From Clostridia bacterium (GTDB taxonomy: Bacteria; Bacillota; Clostridia; CAKSNL01; HGM11501): 64,000 nucleotides of DNA. The notes below the pieces were generated by a model. That model made no database searches and was not told the origin of the DNA. It saw only the letters and a list, made by a program, of their open reading frames with translations. Shown one piece after another: positions 30,164 through 40,746 of the stretch; within the stretch, counting starts at the first letter, position 1, and every line of letters begins with the position of its first letter. The stretch covers positions 32,001-96,000 of the forward strand of contig JAZQAZ010000041.1 of assembly GCA_045545475.1 (NCBI GenBank), written 5' to 3'. Position numbers and translations under genes: made by a program.

Positions 30164-31437
30164 ACTTCCTCCGTACGGATCACCGCACTTTTTGCGTGAG
30201 CGGTAAGTCCTTCCTTTTTTGCGAAAAGTTCAACATCCTTTGCCACATCAGCCAGTGCATCTTTAGTAAAGTAAGTATATTGTGTTTTCTTTATGAAATC
30301 GTCAACGGACAGGGGGCTTGAAAACTTAGCTGTACCGCTTGTGGGAAGTGTGTGGTTGGGACCTGCAAGGTAATCGCCCAGTGCTTCGGGGCAGTTTCTT
30401 CCCATAAATATGGATCCTGCATGGCGGATTGAATCAAGATAGTCAAAGGGATTATCCACACAAAGCTCCAGATGCTCGGGAGCAATTTCGTTGGCAATTT
30501 CAATTGCCGCATAAAGATTTTCCGCAACAATAATTTTTCCGTTATTGTCAATGGATTCCCTTGCAATTTCACTCCTTAAAAGAAGGGGAATCTGTTTTTC
30601 CAGTTCTTCCGATACGGCCATTGCAAGTTCATATGAATCCGTAACTAAAACCGCACTCGCAAGCTTATCATGCTCTGCCTGGGAAAGAAGGTCCGCCGCA
30701 ACATGAGATGCGTCGGAGGCACCGTCAGCCACAATTAAAATTTCGCTGGGGCCTGCAATCATGTCAATGGAAACCATGCCGAATACCTGCTTTTTAGCCT
30801 CCGCAACAAAGGCGTTTCCGGGGCCTACGATTTTGTCAACCTTGGGCACAGACTCTGTTCCGTAAGCAAGTGCCGCAATCGCCTGTGCTCCGCCCACCTT
30901 TATAATTTTATCAACACCTGCAACATATGCCGCAGCAAGTATTACAGGATTCACCTTACCATCCTTACCGGGAGGTGTTACCATAACCACCTCCGGGCAT
31001 CCTGCAATTTTCGCAGGGATTGAATCCATTAAAACAGTGGAAGGATAAGCCGCCGTACCTCCGGGAACATAAAGCCCCGCTCTGTCTACCGGAATGATTT
31101 TCTGTCCCATTACGATTCCCGGCTCGTCATTTATTATAAAGCTTGTCCTTTTCTGCTTTTCATGAAACTTTCTTATGTTTGATGCGGCTTTTTCAAGCAC
31201 TCTGATAAACTCCGGTTCAACGGATGCCACCGCTTCCTTTATCTCCTCATTTGTAACAACCATGTAAGAAAGCTTAGCACCGTCAAACTTTTCGGTGTAT
31301 TCCAAAAGTGCCTTATCTCCATTTTTTCTTACATTATCTATTATATCGGAAACAATGGCAGTAACGTCAACCTTTGGTTCTACTCTTGCGAAGATTTCCG
31401 ATGCGGGAACCTCGCCGTATTTCATTATTTTAATCAT
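30160..31437 (-). CDS. hisD: Histidinol dehydrogenase
   Basis: [36 protein letters not shown]. Confidence 0.97.
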   Translation of the reverse strand: MIKIMKYGEVPASEIFARVEPKVDVTAIVSDIIDNVRKNGDKALLEYTEKFDGAKLSYMVVTNEEIKEAVASVEPEFIRVLEKAASNIRKFHEKQKRTSFIINDEPGIVMGQKIIPVDRAGLYVPGGTAAYPSTVLMDSIPAKIAGCPEVVMVTPPGKDGKVNPVILAAAYVAGVDKIIKVGGAQAIAALAYGTESVPKVDKIVGPGNAFVAEAKKQVFGMVSIDMIAGPSEILIVADGASDASHVAADLLSQAEHDKLASAVLVTDSYELAMAVSEELEKQIPLLLRSEIARESIDNNGKIIVAENLYAAIEIANEIAPEHLELCVDNPFDYLDSIRHAGSIFMGRNCPEALGDYLAGPNHTLPTSGTAKFSSPLSVDDFIKKTQYTYFTKDALADVAKDVELFAKKEGLTAHAKSAVIRTEEV

Positions 31438-31438
31438 C

Positions 31439-32068
31439 TTATTTATCCTCCGCTGTCTGTTTCTTTAAAGATTCAATTACCTTTTCCATAAGATCTCCTT
31501 TGAACTTGAATGCAGACTTATTGGCAATAAGTCTTGCACTTATGGGAACTATTTCCTCTTTTACCTCAAGGTCGTTTTCTTTTAATGTAGTTCCTGTTTC
31601 AACTATGTCAACTATCACATCCGACAAGGATAAAATCGGGGCAATTTCAATTGAGCCGTTTAAGTGAATGATGTCAATATCTCTTCCCTTAGCCGCATAA
31701 TATGCCTTTGTAATATTGGAAAACTTAGTAGCAACCCTTAAAGGGCGCTCGGTATTTTCCCTGAAATCACGCTTTGCGGCAACCGCCATGCGACATTTTC
31801 CGATATCAAGATCCAGAAGCTCATAAACCTCAGGTTCATACTCAAGCAGTATGTCTTTTCCCGCAACTCCGATATCAGCGGCTCCCCTCTCCACATAAAT
31901 CGCAACATCGGAAGGCTTTACCCAGAAGTATCTTACACACTTTTCTTCGTTTACAAAGATCAGTTTTCTGTTCTGTTCCTTTATCGAGGGACACGGAAAA
32001 CCGGCTTTTTCAAACATATCATAAACCTTTTCGCCAAGTCTTCCTTTCGGAAGTGCAACATTAAGCAT
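31439..32068 (-). CDS. hisG: ATP phosphoribosyltransferase, short form
   Basis: ALPKGRL, GSIEIAP, DIVETGTTL. Likely ATG start at 32068, overlapping the hisZ end. Confidence 0.95.
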   Translation of the reverse strand: MLNVALPKGRLGEKVYDMFEKAGFPCPSIKEQNRKLIFVNEEKCVRYFWVKPSDVAIYVERGAADIGVAGKDILLEYEPEVYELLDLDIGKCRMAVAAKRDFRENTERPLRVATKFSNITKAYYAAKGRDIDIIHLNGSIEIAPILSLSDVIVDIVETGTTLKENDLEVKEEIVPISARLIANKSAFKFKGDLMEKVIESLKKQTAEDK

Positions 32069-33179
32069 GGTTTTCAATGATTTCAACCCCTCTCTCATTC
32101 ATTTTAAGAAGTTTATTGTATCTTAAATCAGCCGGAATTTCCTTTAAGGCCAGGGCACTTTTTCCGTCTGCCGTAAAAAGTCTTACGGTATCAGAAAGAG
32201 CTTTCATATCGCAATTGTCATCGTAAAGTATAACTGTATCCACATCAAAAGCTGCTTCATCTTCTGAAAGAGCGTAAAGAGAATCAAGATAAACGGCAAA
32301 ACCGATTGCCTCGCTCTTTTTACCCATTTTTTTCATAAGCTTGTCATACTGTCCGCCGGAAAGAATTCCTGTGGCAATTCCGTTTATAAAGCCTTTAAAA
32401 ACAAAGCCGTTATAATAATTCATGTCATTTATAACAGAAAAATCTATATTGATTTTCCCCTCTAGTCCCGCTTCTTCAAGAGCCATGGTGATTTTTTTAA
32501 GCTTTGAAAGGGCCTCAGTTTCTTTGCATAAAAGCCCGGATAACGCAGGCAGAACCTTAGAAGGTGCTCCATACAAGGACACAAGTTTCATAAGTGCTGT
32601 TCCGTCTATCCCTTCTTTTTTACAAATCTCTCCTATTCCGTGAGCATTCTTTTCGCCGATGCATTTCAGTATTTCCTTTTCGGCAGATGGATTAACGCCC
32701 ATATCCGAGAGTATATCGGATATAACCGTGAGATTTGAAATATCAAGAACAAAATCATCAGATATTGTTTTAAGGCTCATGGCTGCAAGATAGATAACCT
32801 CGTAAACAGAATAGTCATCGGAGTTTCCGATGCACTCAAGCCCCAGTTGCATAATTTCCTTAAAAGAATGACTTCCCTTGGAAACTCTGTAAACGTTTTC
32901 ATTATAATAAAGCTTCTGCACCGAAGTGTCATCCTTGCTGTTTTTTATGATTGACAAAGTTACGTCAGGCTTTAATGCCATTAATTTCCCGTCTGTATCC
33001 GTAAAGGTGATAATGTGATCGGATATCAAAAAATCCTTATTTCTGACATATAAATCATATTCCTCGAACTTACTCATTCTGTAACGGGAATATCCGTATT
33101 TCGAATAAAGGCTTCTGAGTGCGAAAACCGCCTTTTCGTCATTTCTTAAAACAGAATCTTCTATTTTCATTAAAGTCAC
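32061..33179 (-). CDS. hisZ: ATP phosphoribosyltransferase regulatory subunit
   Basis: LKPDVT, QLGLE, YYNGFVF, GGQYD; HisRS-like protein adjacent to short hisG. Confidence 0.93.
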   Translation of the reverse strand: MTLMKIEDSVLRNDEKAVFALRSLYSKYGYSRYRMSKFEEYDLYVRNKDFLISDHIITFTDTDGKLMALKPDVTLSIIKNSKDDTSVQKLYYNENVYRVSKGSHSFKEIMQLGLECIGNSDDYSVYEVIYLAAMSLKTISDDFVLDISNLTVISDILSDMGVNPSAEKEILKCIGEKNAHGIGEICKKEGIDGTALMKLVSLYGAPSKVLPALSGLLCKETEALSKLKKITMALEEAGLEGKINIDFSVINDMNYYNGFVFKGFINGIATGILSGGQYDKLMKKMGKKSEAIGFAVYLDSLYALSEDEAAFDVDTVILYDDNCDMKALSDTVRLFTADGKSALALKEIPADLRYNKLLKMNERGVEIIENHA

Positions 33180-33184
33180 CCCAA

Positions 33185-33475
33185 TCAGTCGTTTTCAGAA
33201 AGTTTCTTAAGCATTTTTTCATAACCGCCACTTCCGTATAAAAGGCAACGGTTAACACGGCTTATGGTTGTGGTGCTTGCACCTGTTTCCTTTGATATAT
33301 CCTGATAGCTTTTTCCTTTTTTAAGCTCCATAGCCACAGTAAGACGAAGCGACAAATCCTGAATTTCCTTGACCGTGCATATGTCTTCAAGGAAGTTTAT
33401 ACATTCTTCTTCATTTTCAAGCATTAAAATGGCTTTTATAAGCTCCTTCGCCGATTCAAAAAGCTTCTTTTCCAT
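33185..33475 (-). CDS. yerC: TrpR-like YerC/YecD family regulator (HisR)
   Basis: FLEDICTVKE...ETGASTTTISRVNRCLLYGSGGY; first gene of the his operon. Confidence 0.9.
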   Translation of the reverse strand: MEKKLFESAKELIKAILMLENEEECINFLEDICTVKEIQDLSLRLTVAMELKKGKSYQDISKETGASTTTISRVNRCLLYGSGGYEKMLKKLSEND

Positions 33476-33500
33476 TAAAACCCTTCTTTCATCGTTTTAT

Positions 33501-33538
33501 CACTTTACTATAGTAACACGACAGAGCGGTAAAGTCAA
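33501..33538 (-). promoter_or_regulatory. his operon promoter with overlapping candidate HisR operator
   Basis: TTGACT-17-TG-n-TACTAT on the minus strand; CACTTTAC...GTAAAGTC half-sites and a TTACTATAGTAA palindrome cover the -10 and -35. Confidence 0.7.
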
Positions 33539-33684
33539 TGCTTTTTTTGATTTTTGTGGCAATTTAACAAACAGAGGTATATTTTCACTTTTTTTCTTTA
33601 CTTTTTAACAACTATCTATTATAATATCCCTATACACCTTGCAGGACAGAATTTAATTTTCCCCTAAGGGAGAAAGGACTTCAT

Positions 33685-35043
33685 ATGAATATTATTATAG
33701 TAGGTGCAGGAAAGGTAGGCTTAAAGCTTGCCGAAAAACTGAATCAGGAAAATGAACATGACATAACTTTAATAGATTTAAAATATCAGAACATTGAGCA
33801 CGCCGTTAACCAGTATGATGTTATGGGTGTTACTGGCGATGCCATAAGCCAGGAAACGTTAAAAGAAGCAGGCATCGAAAAAGCAGACTTACTCATTGCC
33901 GTAACAGGTAATGATGAGCTTAACCTGATTACATGCCTCATCGCAAAAAAATGCGGTCATTTGAAAACCATAGCAAGAATAAGGCGTCCCGAATACAATA
34001 AGGACATTCATCTTATAAGGGAAGATTTAGGCCTTGCAATGGTTATAAATCCGGAGCAGGCGGCGGCCCACGAAATGGCGAGAGTTTTAAGATTTCCCTC
34101 TGCCATTCAGATTGATACCTTCTCAAAAGGAAGAGTTGAAATCTTAAAATTCCGTATTCACGAGGATTCTCCCCTTGACAATATGCGTATTGCCGATTTA
34201 ACTCCCAAACTTAACTGCGACATCCTCGTATGTGGTGTTGAGCGCGGTGACGAAGCCTTTATTCCCGGCGGTGATTTTGTCCTTAAGGAAGGAGACTATA
34301 TAAGCATAGTTTCCTCTGTTTCAAACGGTGCATATTTCTTTAAAAAAATCGGCATCAAAACTTCAAGTGTAAAAGATACCATCATTGTAGGCGGAGGTGA
34401 CACGGCATATTACCTTGCCAACCGACTTATCCAGACCGGTATTTCCGTAAAAATTATCGAACAGGACGAAAAGCGCTGCGATGAGCTTTTCCAGCTCCTG
34501 CCGAAAGCAACTATAATAAACGGCGACGGTACCGACAAGACTACATTACTTGAAGCAGGGCTTGAATATGCAGAGTCCTTCGTTGCCCTCACAAATATAG
34601 ACGAAGAAAATGTGCTTCTTTCCCTTTATGCCAAAAGCAAGGATATCAAAAAAATCGTAACCAAGGTTAACCGTATTGAATACGATAATGTATTGAATTC
34701 CCTTGAGCTTGACTCGATTTTCTACCCCAAAAACATAACCGCAGAATATATCTTGAGATTTGTCCGTGCAAGAAACCAGTCAAGAAGCTCAAACATTGAG
34801 ACGGTACACCTTATTCTTGACGGCAAAGCCGAAGCACTGGAATTCAGAATCAAAAAAGACTCCCCCATTTCGGATATTCCGATTATGAAGCTTCATCTTA
34901 AACCCAACATATTAATCGCCTGCATAACCCGCGGCGGTCAGATCATTATTCCCAGAGGTCATGACATAATCAAAGAAGGAGATTCCGTTATCATCGTAAC
35001 AACCGAAACAGGCTTTGACGATATCTCGGACATTCTCCAGTAG
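33685..35043 (+). CDS. trkA: Trk potassium uptake regulatory subunit
   Basis: Two RCK-N GxGxxG domains (GAGKVG, GGGDTA) with RCK-C domains. Confidence 0.95.
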   Translation: MNIIIVGAGKVGLKLAEKLNQENEHDITLIDLKYQNIEHAVNQYDVMGVTGDAISQETLKEAGIEKADLLIAVTGNDELNLITCLIAKKCGHLKTIARIRRPEYNKDIHLIREDLGLAMVINPEQAAAHEMARVLRFPSAIQIDTFSKGRVEILKFRIHEDSPLDNMRIADLTPKLNCDILVCGVERGDEAFIPGGDFVLKEGDYISIVSSVSNGAYFFKKIGIKTSSVKDTIIVGGGDTAYYLANRLIQTGISVKIIEQDEKRCDELFQLLPKATIINGDGTDKTTLLEAGLEYAESFVALTNIDEENVLLSLYAKSKDIKKIVTKVNRIEYDNVLNSLELDSIFYPKNITAEYILRFVRARNQSRSSNIETVHLILDGKAEALEFRIKKDSPISDIPIMKLHLKPNILIACITRGGQIIIPRGHDIIKEGDSVIIVTTETGFDDISDILQ

Positions 35044-35053
35044 AGGATAAATT

Positions 35054-36493
35054 ATGAATCGCAAAATTATATTTTACACACTGGGCACCGTGCTTTATAT
35101 TGAAGCTATATTTATGCTTCTTCCGATAATCTGCTCCATAGTCTATAAGGAGCCGTATATTTTAGGTTCTTTTGCCATTTCGGCATTACTTTGCACTTTG
35201 ACAGGGGTGCTTTTCACAGTCAAGCCTCCTGACAACAAAGCAATGTTCGCCAAAGAAGGCTATATAACGGTTGCACTTTCATGGATTTTAATAAGTCTTT
35301 TCGGATGCCTCCCCTTTATTTTTTCGGGATATATTCCGAATTTCATTGATGCTTTTTTTGAAACCGTATCCGGATTCACAACAACAGGTGCATCCATCCT
35401 TTCTGATGTGGAAGCCCTTCCGAAAAGTCTTTTGTTCTGGCGAAGCTTTACCCACTGGATAGGCGGTATGGGTGTTCTGGTTTTTCTTGTTGCCATTCTC
35501 CCCCTTTTCGGCGGAACAAATCTTAATCTTATAAAAGCAGAAAGCCCCGGTCCCGCTGTTTCAAAGCTTGTTCCCAAGGTTAAGTCCACAGCGAAAATTT
35601 TGTATACCATATATATTGCAATGACGCTTTTAATGATTGTTCTTCTCTTATTCGGCGGAATGAATTTATTTGAAGCACTGACCACAGCTTTCGGTACAGC
35701 CGGCACCGGCGGCTTCGGAATTAAAAATTCAAGCCTTGCCGGTTATTCTCCCTACATTCAGAATGTAGTTACCATTTTTATGATATTTTTCGGAATAGAC
35801 TTTTCTATTTATTATCTTATACTTATGAAAAAGTTTTCCGCCGTGCTTAAATCCAACGAAGTAAGAACATATCTTTTAATCATTCTTTCTTCAATTCTTG
35901 TAATCGGATTTAATATAAGACATCTTTTCCCATCTGTTTCTGAAGCACTTCACCACAGCAGCTTTCAGGTTGCATCCATCATTACGACAACCGGCTTTGC
36001 AACTGCAGATTTTGACCTGTGGCCTTCTCTTTCAAAAACAATACTTGTGGTGCTTATGTTTATCGGTGCCTGTGCCGGAAGCACAGGCGGCGGAATGAAG
36101 GTTTCCAGAATAATAATTCTGTTCAAGAGTATTATAAAAGAAATCAAAATTCTTGCTCATCCGAAAAGTACAATTAAAATCACTATGAACGGCAGACCTG
36201 TTGAACACGAGACAGTCCGCTCCGTAAATGTATTCACAGTGGCTTATCTTTCAATCTTTGTGCTTGCCCTTCTTCTGATAAGTCTTGACAATTTTGATTT
36301 CACCACTAACTTTACAGCAGTTGCGGCAACCATAAACAACATAGGTCCCGGTCTTTCCAAAGTCGGCCCCACAATGAATTTTTCAGAGTTTTCATCCTTT
36401 TCAAAGCTTGTCCTGTCAGCAGCAATGCTTATCGGACGACTTGAAATTTTCCCGATGCTTGTACTGTTTTCTCCCGCAACCTGGAAAAAATAA
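35054..36493 (+). CDS. trkH: Trk potassium uptake membrane subunit
   Basis: SGFTTTG, TGGFG, TTTGF, NNIGPG pore motifs; GRLEIFP. Confidence 0.95.
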   Translation: MNRKIIFYTLGTVLYIEAIFMLLPIICSIVYKEPYILGSFAISALLCTLTGVLFTVKPPDNKAMFAKEGYITVALSWILISLFGCLPFIFSGYIPNFIDAFFETVSGFTTTGASILSDVEALPKSLLFWRSFTHWIGGMGVLVFLVAILPLFGGTNLNLIKAESPGPAVSKLVPKVKSTAKILYTIYIAMTLLMIVLLLFGGMNLFEALTTAFGTAGTGGFGIKNSSLAGYSPYIQNVVTIFMIFFGIDFSIYYLILMKKFSAVLKSNEVRTYLLIILSSILVIGFNIRHLFPSVSEALHHSSFQVASIITTTGFATADFDLWPSLSKTILVVLMFIGACAGSTGGGMKVSRIIILFKSIIKEIKILAHPKSTIKITMNGRPVEHETVRSVNVFTVAYLSIFVLALLLISLDNFDFTTNFTAVAATINNIGPGLSKVGPTMNFSEFSSFSKLVLSAAMLIGRLEIFPMLVLFSPATWKK

Positions 36494-36528
36494 AAAATAA
36501 AGCCACCCGATGGGTGGCTTTATTTTTT
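36493..36528. terminator. Bidirectional terminator
   Basis: AAAAATAAAGCCACCC-gat-GGGTGGCTTTATTTTT. Confidence 0.85.
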
Positions 36529-37288
36529 ATTTAAGTTCTGCGCACAATGGATAATGGTCTGAAAGGTAAATTCCGTTTTCTTCATCGTCCCATACGGTAA
36601 GCTTTTCAAACTCGGTTTTAAGATTATCGCTTAAATAAATGTAGTCTATTTTTGCTTCACTCTGTCTTCCGAAGTCGTGGAAGGTAAAAGGAAGCCCCTT
36701 TGTTACATCTCCCATACCGGGGAAGCTTTCACAAAGCTTTATGGTTTCTTCCTTTTCCGATGCATTGAAATCGCCAAGGATAACAAAATCCATCTCGTTT
36801 TTTTCATTTAAGGATTTTACGGTATCAAGCACCATTTTCATTCCCATAGCTCTTACTTCGGGAGTTTTCTCATCCAGATGCACGTTGAAAATCCTTATCA
36901 TTCTGCCGTCGGACTTTCTTCTTACCGTTGTAATATTAAGCGTTCTGGGACAAGGACTCTGACCGGGGAATTTACTTTCCGGCTCATAAGGGTCGGGACC
37001 TATCCAAAGCACTTCATTTCCCACAAGTTGAAGGGTTGAAGTTTTAATCGCCGTGAAAACACCCTCTGAATTATAGCTCTTTGTTCTGCCGTGGCCGGTT
37101 ATTATGTATTCGGGGAAAACCCTCTGCATAAATTCCAAGGATTCCGGCACCATTTCCTGAAATGCGATAATGTCGGGCATTTCTTTTTTCACCTTATCAT
37201 AAATCATCCCTGCTCTGTTTATAAAGCTGTTTATACCGTCCCCTCTGTAGCGGTAACGGATATTGAATGTTACTATATTAAAAGACAT
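36527..37288 (-). CDS. Endonuclease/exonuclease/phosphatase family protein
   Basis: TFNIR, DIIAFQE, NVHLD, GDFN, IDYI, SDHYP. Confidence 0.9.
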   Translation of the reverse strand: MSFNIVTFNIRYRYRGDGINSFINRAGMIYDKVKKEMPDIIAFQEMVPESLEFMQRVFPEYIITGHGRTKSYNSEGVFTAIKTSTLQLVGNEVLWIGPDPYEPESKFPGQSPCPRTLNITTVRRKSDGRMIRIFNVHLDEKTPEVRAMGMKMVLDTVKSLNEKNEMDFVILGDFNASEKEETIKLCESFPGMGDVTKGLPFTFHDFGRQSEAKIDYIYLSDNLKTEFEKLTVWDDEENGIYLSDHYPLCAELK

Positions 37289-37470
37289 AAAAAAACCTCC
37301 GTACTTTATTTTGCATCATTATACCCCTTTACTTTGCCCGTGTCAATACACACTATATATAAAAAATTTGAATATGCCACGGTAAATAAAAATTATAAAC
37401 CTTTACTACTCCCTTGACAAAACAGCACGTGACCGCTAAAATAGCAGTATAATAAAAAGGAGGCACAAAT

Positions 37471-38838
37471 ATGATTAAAACATTTCGGGTAACAGATTTC
37501 GGAGCCATTCCTGGCTCGAACGCTCTTCAAACAGAAAAAATTCAGGCTGCAATTGATGCCTGCTTTCTTGAGGGTGGCGGCGAAGTAATAATACCTGCGG
37601 GAACCTTTATAACAGGTTCAATCCGTCTTCGCTCCAACGTAACCCTGCATTTATTAAAAAATGCCTGCCTTAAAGGCTCTAAAAATCCTGAGGATTATTA
37701 TTCCTCTTACATAAATGACAAGATTGAACCCCTTCCCGAAGAATGGATTACAGACGGGCTCTGGAACCGCTTTGGTCCGGGCTGGACAAGGGACTACCGC
37801 TTTATGCGTCTTCCCGGAAGCCGATGGAATCACGGTCTTATAAAGGCTATAAACGCCGAAAACATCGCCATAATCGGCGAAGAAGATTCTTTCATTGACG
37901 GAAGCGACTGCTTTGATGAAAAGGGCGAAGAAGAATACCGTGGTCCTCACCTTATAAATATGTTCTATTGCAAAAACGTAAGTTTTAAGGGATACACGGC
38001 AAAAGACAGTGCAAACTGGGCGCACGCCATATTTTATTCCGAAAACATAACAATGAAAAATGTAACCGTTTTAGCAGGACACGACGGAATACACGCGACG
38101 GTTTGCCGTAATATAATAATAGAAGACTCCGAATTTTATACAGGAGATGACTGTGTGGCAGGCTTTGGCAACTTAAATGTTCTTGTTAAAAACTGTGTGC
38201 TTAACTCCGCCTGCAGTGCTCTTCGCTTCGGTGGTACCAACGCCTTGATTGAAGGTTGTCATATGTATGGTCCCTGCCGCTATTTATTCCGGGGCTGTTT
38301 AACTCCAGAAGAAAAACGCAGCGGAATAAAACCCGATGTCACAACCCACAGAAACAATATGCTTTCTGCATTTACTTATTATTCCGATTTTTCCGTGGAA
38401 GTTCCCTATACCCCCGGAAACATAATAATAAAGGATTGCAAAATAGACTATGCCGACAGATTCCTGCACTTCAATTTCTCCGGGAACGAGCCATGGCAAA
38501 GAAACCGCCCGTTAACTTCCGTTACCTTTGAAAACATCACAGCAACAGATATTTCCATGCCTCTTACGGCTTATGGCGATGCTGATAATAAAATAGACCT
38601 CGTGTTCAAAAACGTATCTATAGCAATGAGAGATGGTTTTTCCGAAGTTCCTTTATTCCATATAGGCAACTTTAAAAAGCTGACCCTTGAAAACTTTACG
38701 GTTACAAATACTGCCGCCCCCTGCTTAGTCAGAACATGGACAGATGATCCTGTTGAATTTATAAATGTTTCATCTCCCATCGTGAATGAAAACCTTGTCA
38801 AAAAAGCTGAAGTTGAATTTTCCGCAAAGCCTATATAA
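37471..38838 (+). CDS. GH28-like parallel beta-helix glycoside hydrolase, no signal peptide
   Basis: VTDFGA...IQAAIDAC...GGGEVIIPAGTFITGSIRLRSNVTLHL; HDGIH, TGDDCVA. Promoter TTGACA-17-TAAAAT at about 37414-37442. Confidence 0.8.
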   Translation: MIKTFRVTDFGAIPGSNALQTEKIQAAIDACFLEGGGEVIIPAGTFITGSIRLRSNVTLHLLKNACLKGSKNPEDYYSSYINDKIEPLPEEWITDGLWNRFGPGWTRDYRFMRLPGSRWNHGLIKAINAENIAIIGEEDSFIDGSDCFDEKGEEEYRGPHLINMFYCKNVSFKGYTAKDSANWAHAIFYSENITMKNVTVLAGHDGIHATVCRNIIIEDSEFYTGDDCVAGFGNLNVLVKNCVLNSACSALRFGGTNALIEGCHMYGPCRYLFRGCLTPEEKRSGIKPDVTTHRNNMLSAFTYYSDFSVEVPYTPGNIIIKDCKIDYADRFLHFNFSGNEPWQRNRPLTSVTFENITATDISMPLTAYGDADNKIDLVFKNVSIAMRDGFSEVPLFHIGNFKKLTLENFTVTNTAAPCLVRTWTDDPVEFINVSSPIVNENLVKKAEVEFSAKPI

Positions 38839-38840
38839 TT

Positions 38841-38875
38841 AAAAAGCAGCAAGAAAAATTCTTGCTGCTTTTTCT
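38841..38875 (+). terminator. Intrinsic terminator
   Basis: AAAAAGCAGCAAGAA...TTCTTGCTGCTTTTT. Confidence 0.8.
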
Positions 38876-38995
38876 TTTTTATGTATAAAAAATCTTCCTT
38901 TGCATAAAGCTTGTCAAGTCCCTCCTCTAAACACAAGCGTTTTACTTTATATGACAAAATTTTCCTCAAAAGGCTTAGTTATGGGGCTTGAAAAG

Positions 38996-39091
38996 TTTTC
39001 CACAACCTTATAATTCACACGCTTTTTAGATGTGGAAAAAGTGGAAAAAGCTGTTGATAACTATAAAATACGGCCTTTTTGCGGTGGATAA
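38996..39091. promoter_or_regulatory. DnaA-box cluster
   Basis: TTTTCCACA (38996), TAATTCACA (39011), TGTGGAAAA (39031), AGTGGAAAA (39040), TGTTGATAA (39052), GGTGGATAA (39083): six boxes within 0-1 mismatch of TTWTNCACA in 96 bp. Confidence 0.7.
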
Positions 39092-39281
39092 TCAGCTGCC
39101 GAAAATATATTTAGATTATTTTTAGATTATGTAATTTATATATAAACGCTCATTAATATTCACGTTTACCATTTTTTCCCAAAAGTTGTTTTTTACAAAT
39201 TTCAGTTTGTTTTTACTATTGTCTTTTTTCTCCCGTTATGCTATACTCCTTTTGACGAATATAGTAAAAGAAGGTTTTCCC

Positions 39282-40709
39282 GTGAAGATAAATACTGCGA
39301 TAACTAAAAAAGAATATTATTCAGAAGTTCTCTCTCTGGCTCTGCCCGCTTTTCTTGAGAAATTATTGCTTACTCTGGTAAGTCTGGTATCCACGGTTGT
39401 TATCGGCAAAGTCGTAGGAAGCGAGGCTATGTCCTCTTTGACTATAGCCACAACTGTTACCGATATACTGCAAAGCGTTTTTATCGGTTTCGGATTTGGT
39501 GCTTCAATTATTATAGCCAGGAATGAAAGCCATCAAAGAGATTTTACAAACAAGGCAACCTTAAATTCCATTTATTTAAATGCCGCCTTTGGTCTTCTGC
39601 TCGGAACTTTATGTATGCTGTTTTTAAGGGGACTTTTAGGTTTTATGTTTTCATCAAAAACCGCTTCTGTTACGGAAGGGGCAATTTCCTATCTATACAT
39701 GATTCTTCCCTTTTCAGCCGTTGCCTCTGTGGATGTTGCAATTTCTTCCTGCTTTCGTGGTGCCCATGATGCAAAAACTCCGTTTTTTGTAACTGCTGCG
39801 GTAAATGCCGTAAACGCACTTTGCTGTATCATCTTTATAGGCTTTCTTAACATGGGAATTAAAGGTGCAGCCGTCTCCTATATAATCTCAACTCTCCTGG
39901 GCTGCACAGTAAGAATTATGCTTTTGTTCCATAAAAAGTCCGTCATCCGTCTTCACGGATTCCACAGGCCGGACTTTATGCTGATAAAGCGTATTCTTAA
40001 TGCTTCTGTTGCATCCACGCTTCAGGCTTTTTTTATAAACTTTGCCTTTTTGGGACTTCAGGCGGTAACATCGTTAATCAGTGCCGTTGCTATGGCCGGC
40101 TATCAGATAGCAAACAATATATTAAAGCTCACCTATTGTATTACTCATGGTATTGAGGCAGCACAAATTACCCTTGTGGGTAATGCACTGTCGGTCAATG
40201 ATAAGGATGCCTCAAGGCTTTATTCTTATAAGCTGCTTTCCACCTCCGAAGCCGTGTGCTTTATCTGGGCGATAATTATGTTTGTTTTTGCCCGTCCCCT
40301 TTCCGGTCTTTTTGTAGCTTCAGGCGATAGCGAAACATTAAACTCCGCAGTAAATCTGCTTCGCATCTTGTGCTTTACGGTTCCCTTTACCACTTATTAT
40401 CAAAGCAGCCAGGGCACACTTAAGGTCGGAGGAGAAACAGGAGCCATTGTCCTTTCAAGTATACTTGGCCCCTGGGCAATAAGAATTCCCCTTGCTTACT
40501 TTTTAATTACTTCCATTGAAAGCGCTTCTCTCTGGAACATGGTAAAAGGCTTTTTTTCTGCATTCCCCCTTATCTCTCCCTTTGCGGAATCCGTTTTAAC
40601 AAACGGAATAACGGGACTTATAGCAGGACTCTTTGCCGATTACATAATGCGAACTTTAGTTTATGCTTTCAAATTGCACAAAGAAAAGTGGCTCTACAAT
40701 ACGCTTTAA
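39282..40709 (+). CDS. MATE family efflux transporter
   Basis: LALPAFLE, FRGAHDAKTP, LNMGIKGAA; about 12 TM segments. GTG start after AGAAGG; promoter TTGTCT-17-TG-n-TATACT at 39219-39247. Confidence 0.85.
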   Translation: MKINTAITKKEYYSEVLSLALPAFLEKLLLTLVSLVSTVVIGKVVGSEAMSSLTIATTVTDILQSVFIGFGFGASIIIARNESHQRDFTNKATLNSIYLNAAFGLLLGTLCMLFLRGLLGFMFSSKTASVTEGAISYLYMILPFSAVASVDVAISSCFRGAHDAKTPFFVTAAVNAVNALCCIIFIGFLNMGIKGAAVSYIISTLLGCTVRIMLLFHKKSVIRLHGFHRPDFMLIKRILNASVASTLQAFFINFAFLGLQAVTSLISAVAMAGYQIANNILKLTYCITHGIEAAQITLVGNALSVNDKDASRLYSYKLLSTSEAVCFIWAIIMFVFARPLSGLFVASGDSETLNSAVNLLRILCFTVPFTTYYQSSQGTLKVGGETGAIVLSSILGPWAIRIPLAYFLITSIESASLWNMVKGFFSAFPLISPFAESVLTNGITGLIAGLFADYIMRTLVYAFKLHKEKWLYNTL

Positions 40710-40746
40710 AAAACCTTGGAATTACTTTGTAATTCCAAGGTTTTTT
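40708..40746. terminator. Bidirectional terminator overlapping the araC stop codon
   Basis: AAAAAACCTTGGAATTAC-ttt-GTAATTCCAAGGTTTTTT. Confidence 0.8.

Noticed and set aside
33540-33684. c-di-AMP riboswitch upstream of trkAH
   Set aside because: A TATAAT lies about 60 bp from the start codon and no ydaO-type motif is visible.
38996-39180. Chromosomal replication origin
   Set aside because: No dnaA/dnaN nearby and no switch in gene-strand bias across the site; kept only as a DnaA-box cluster.
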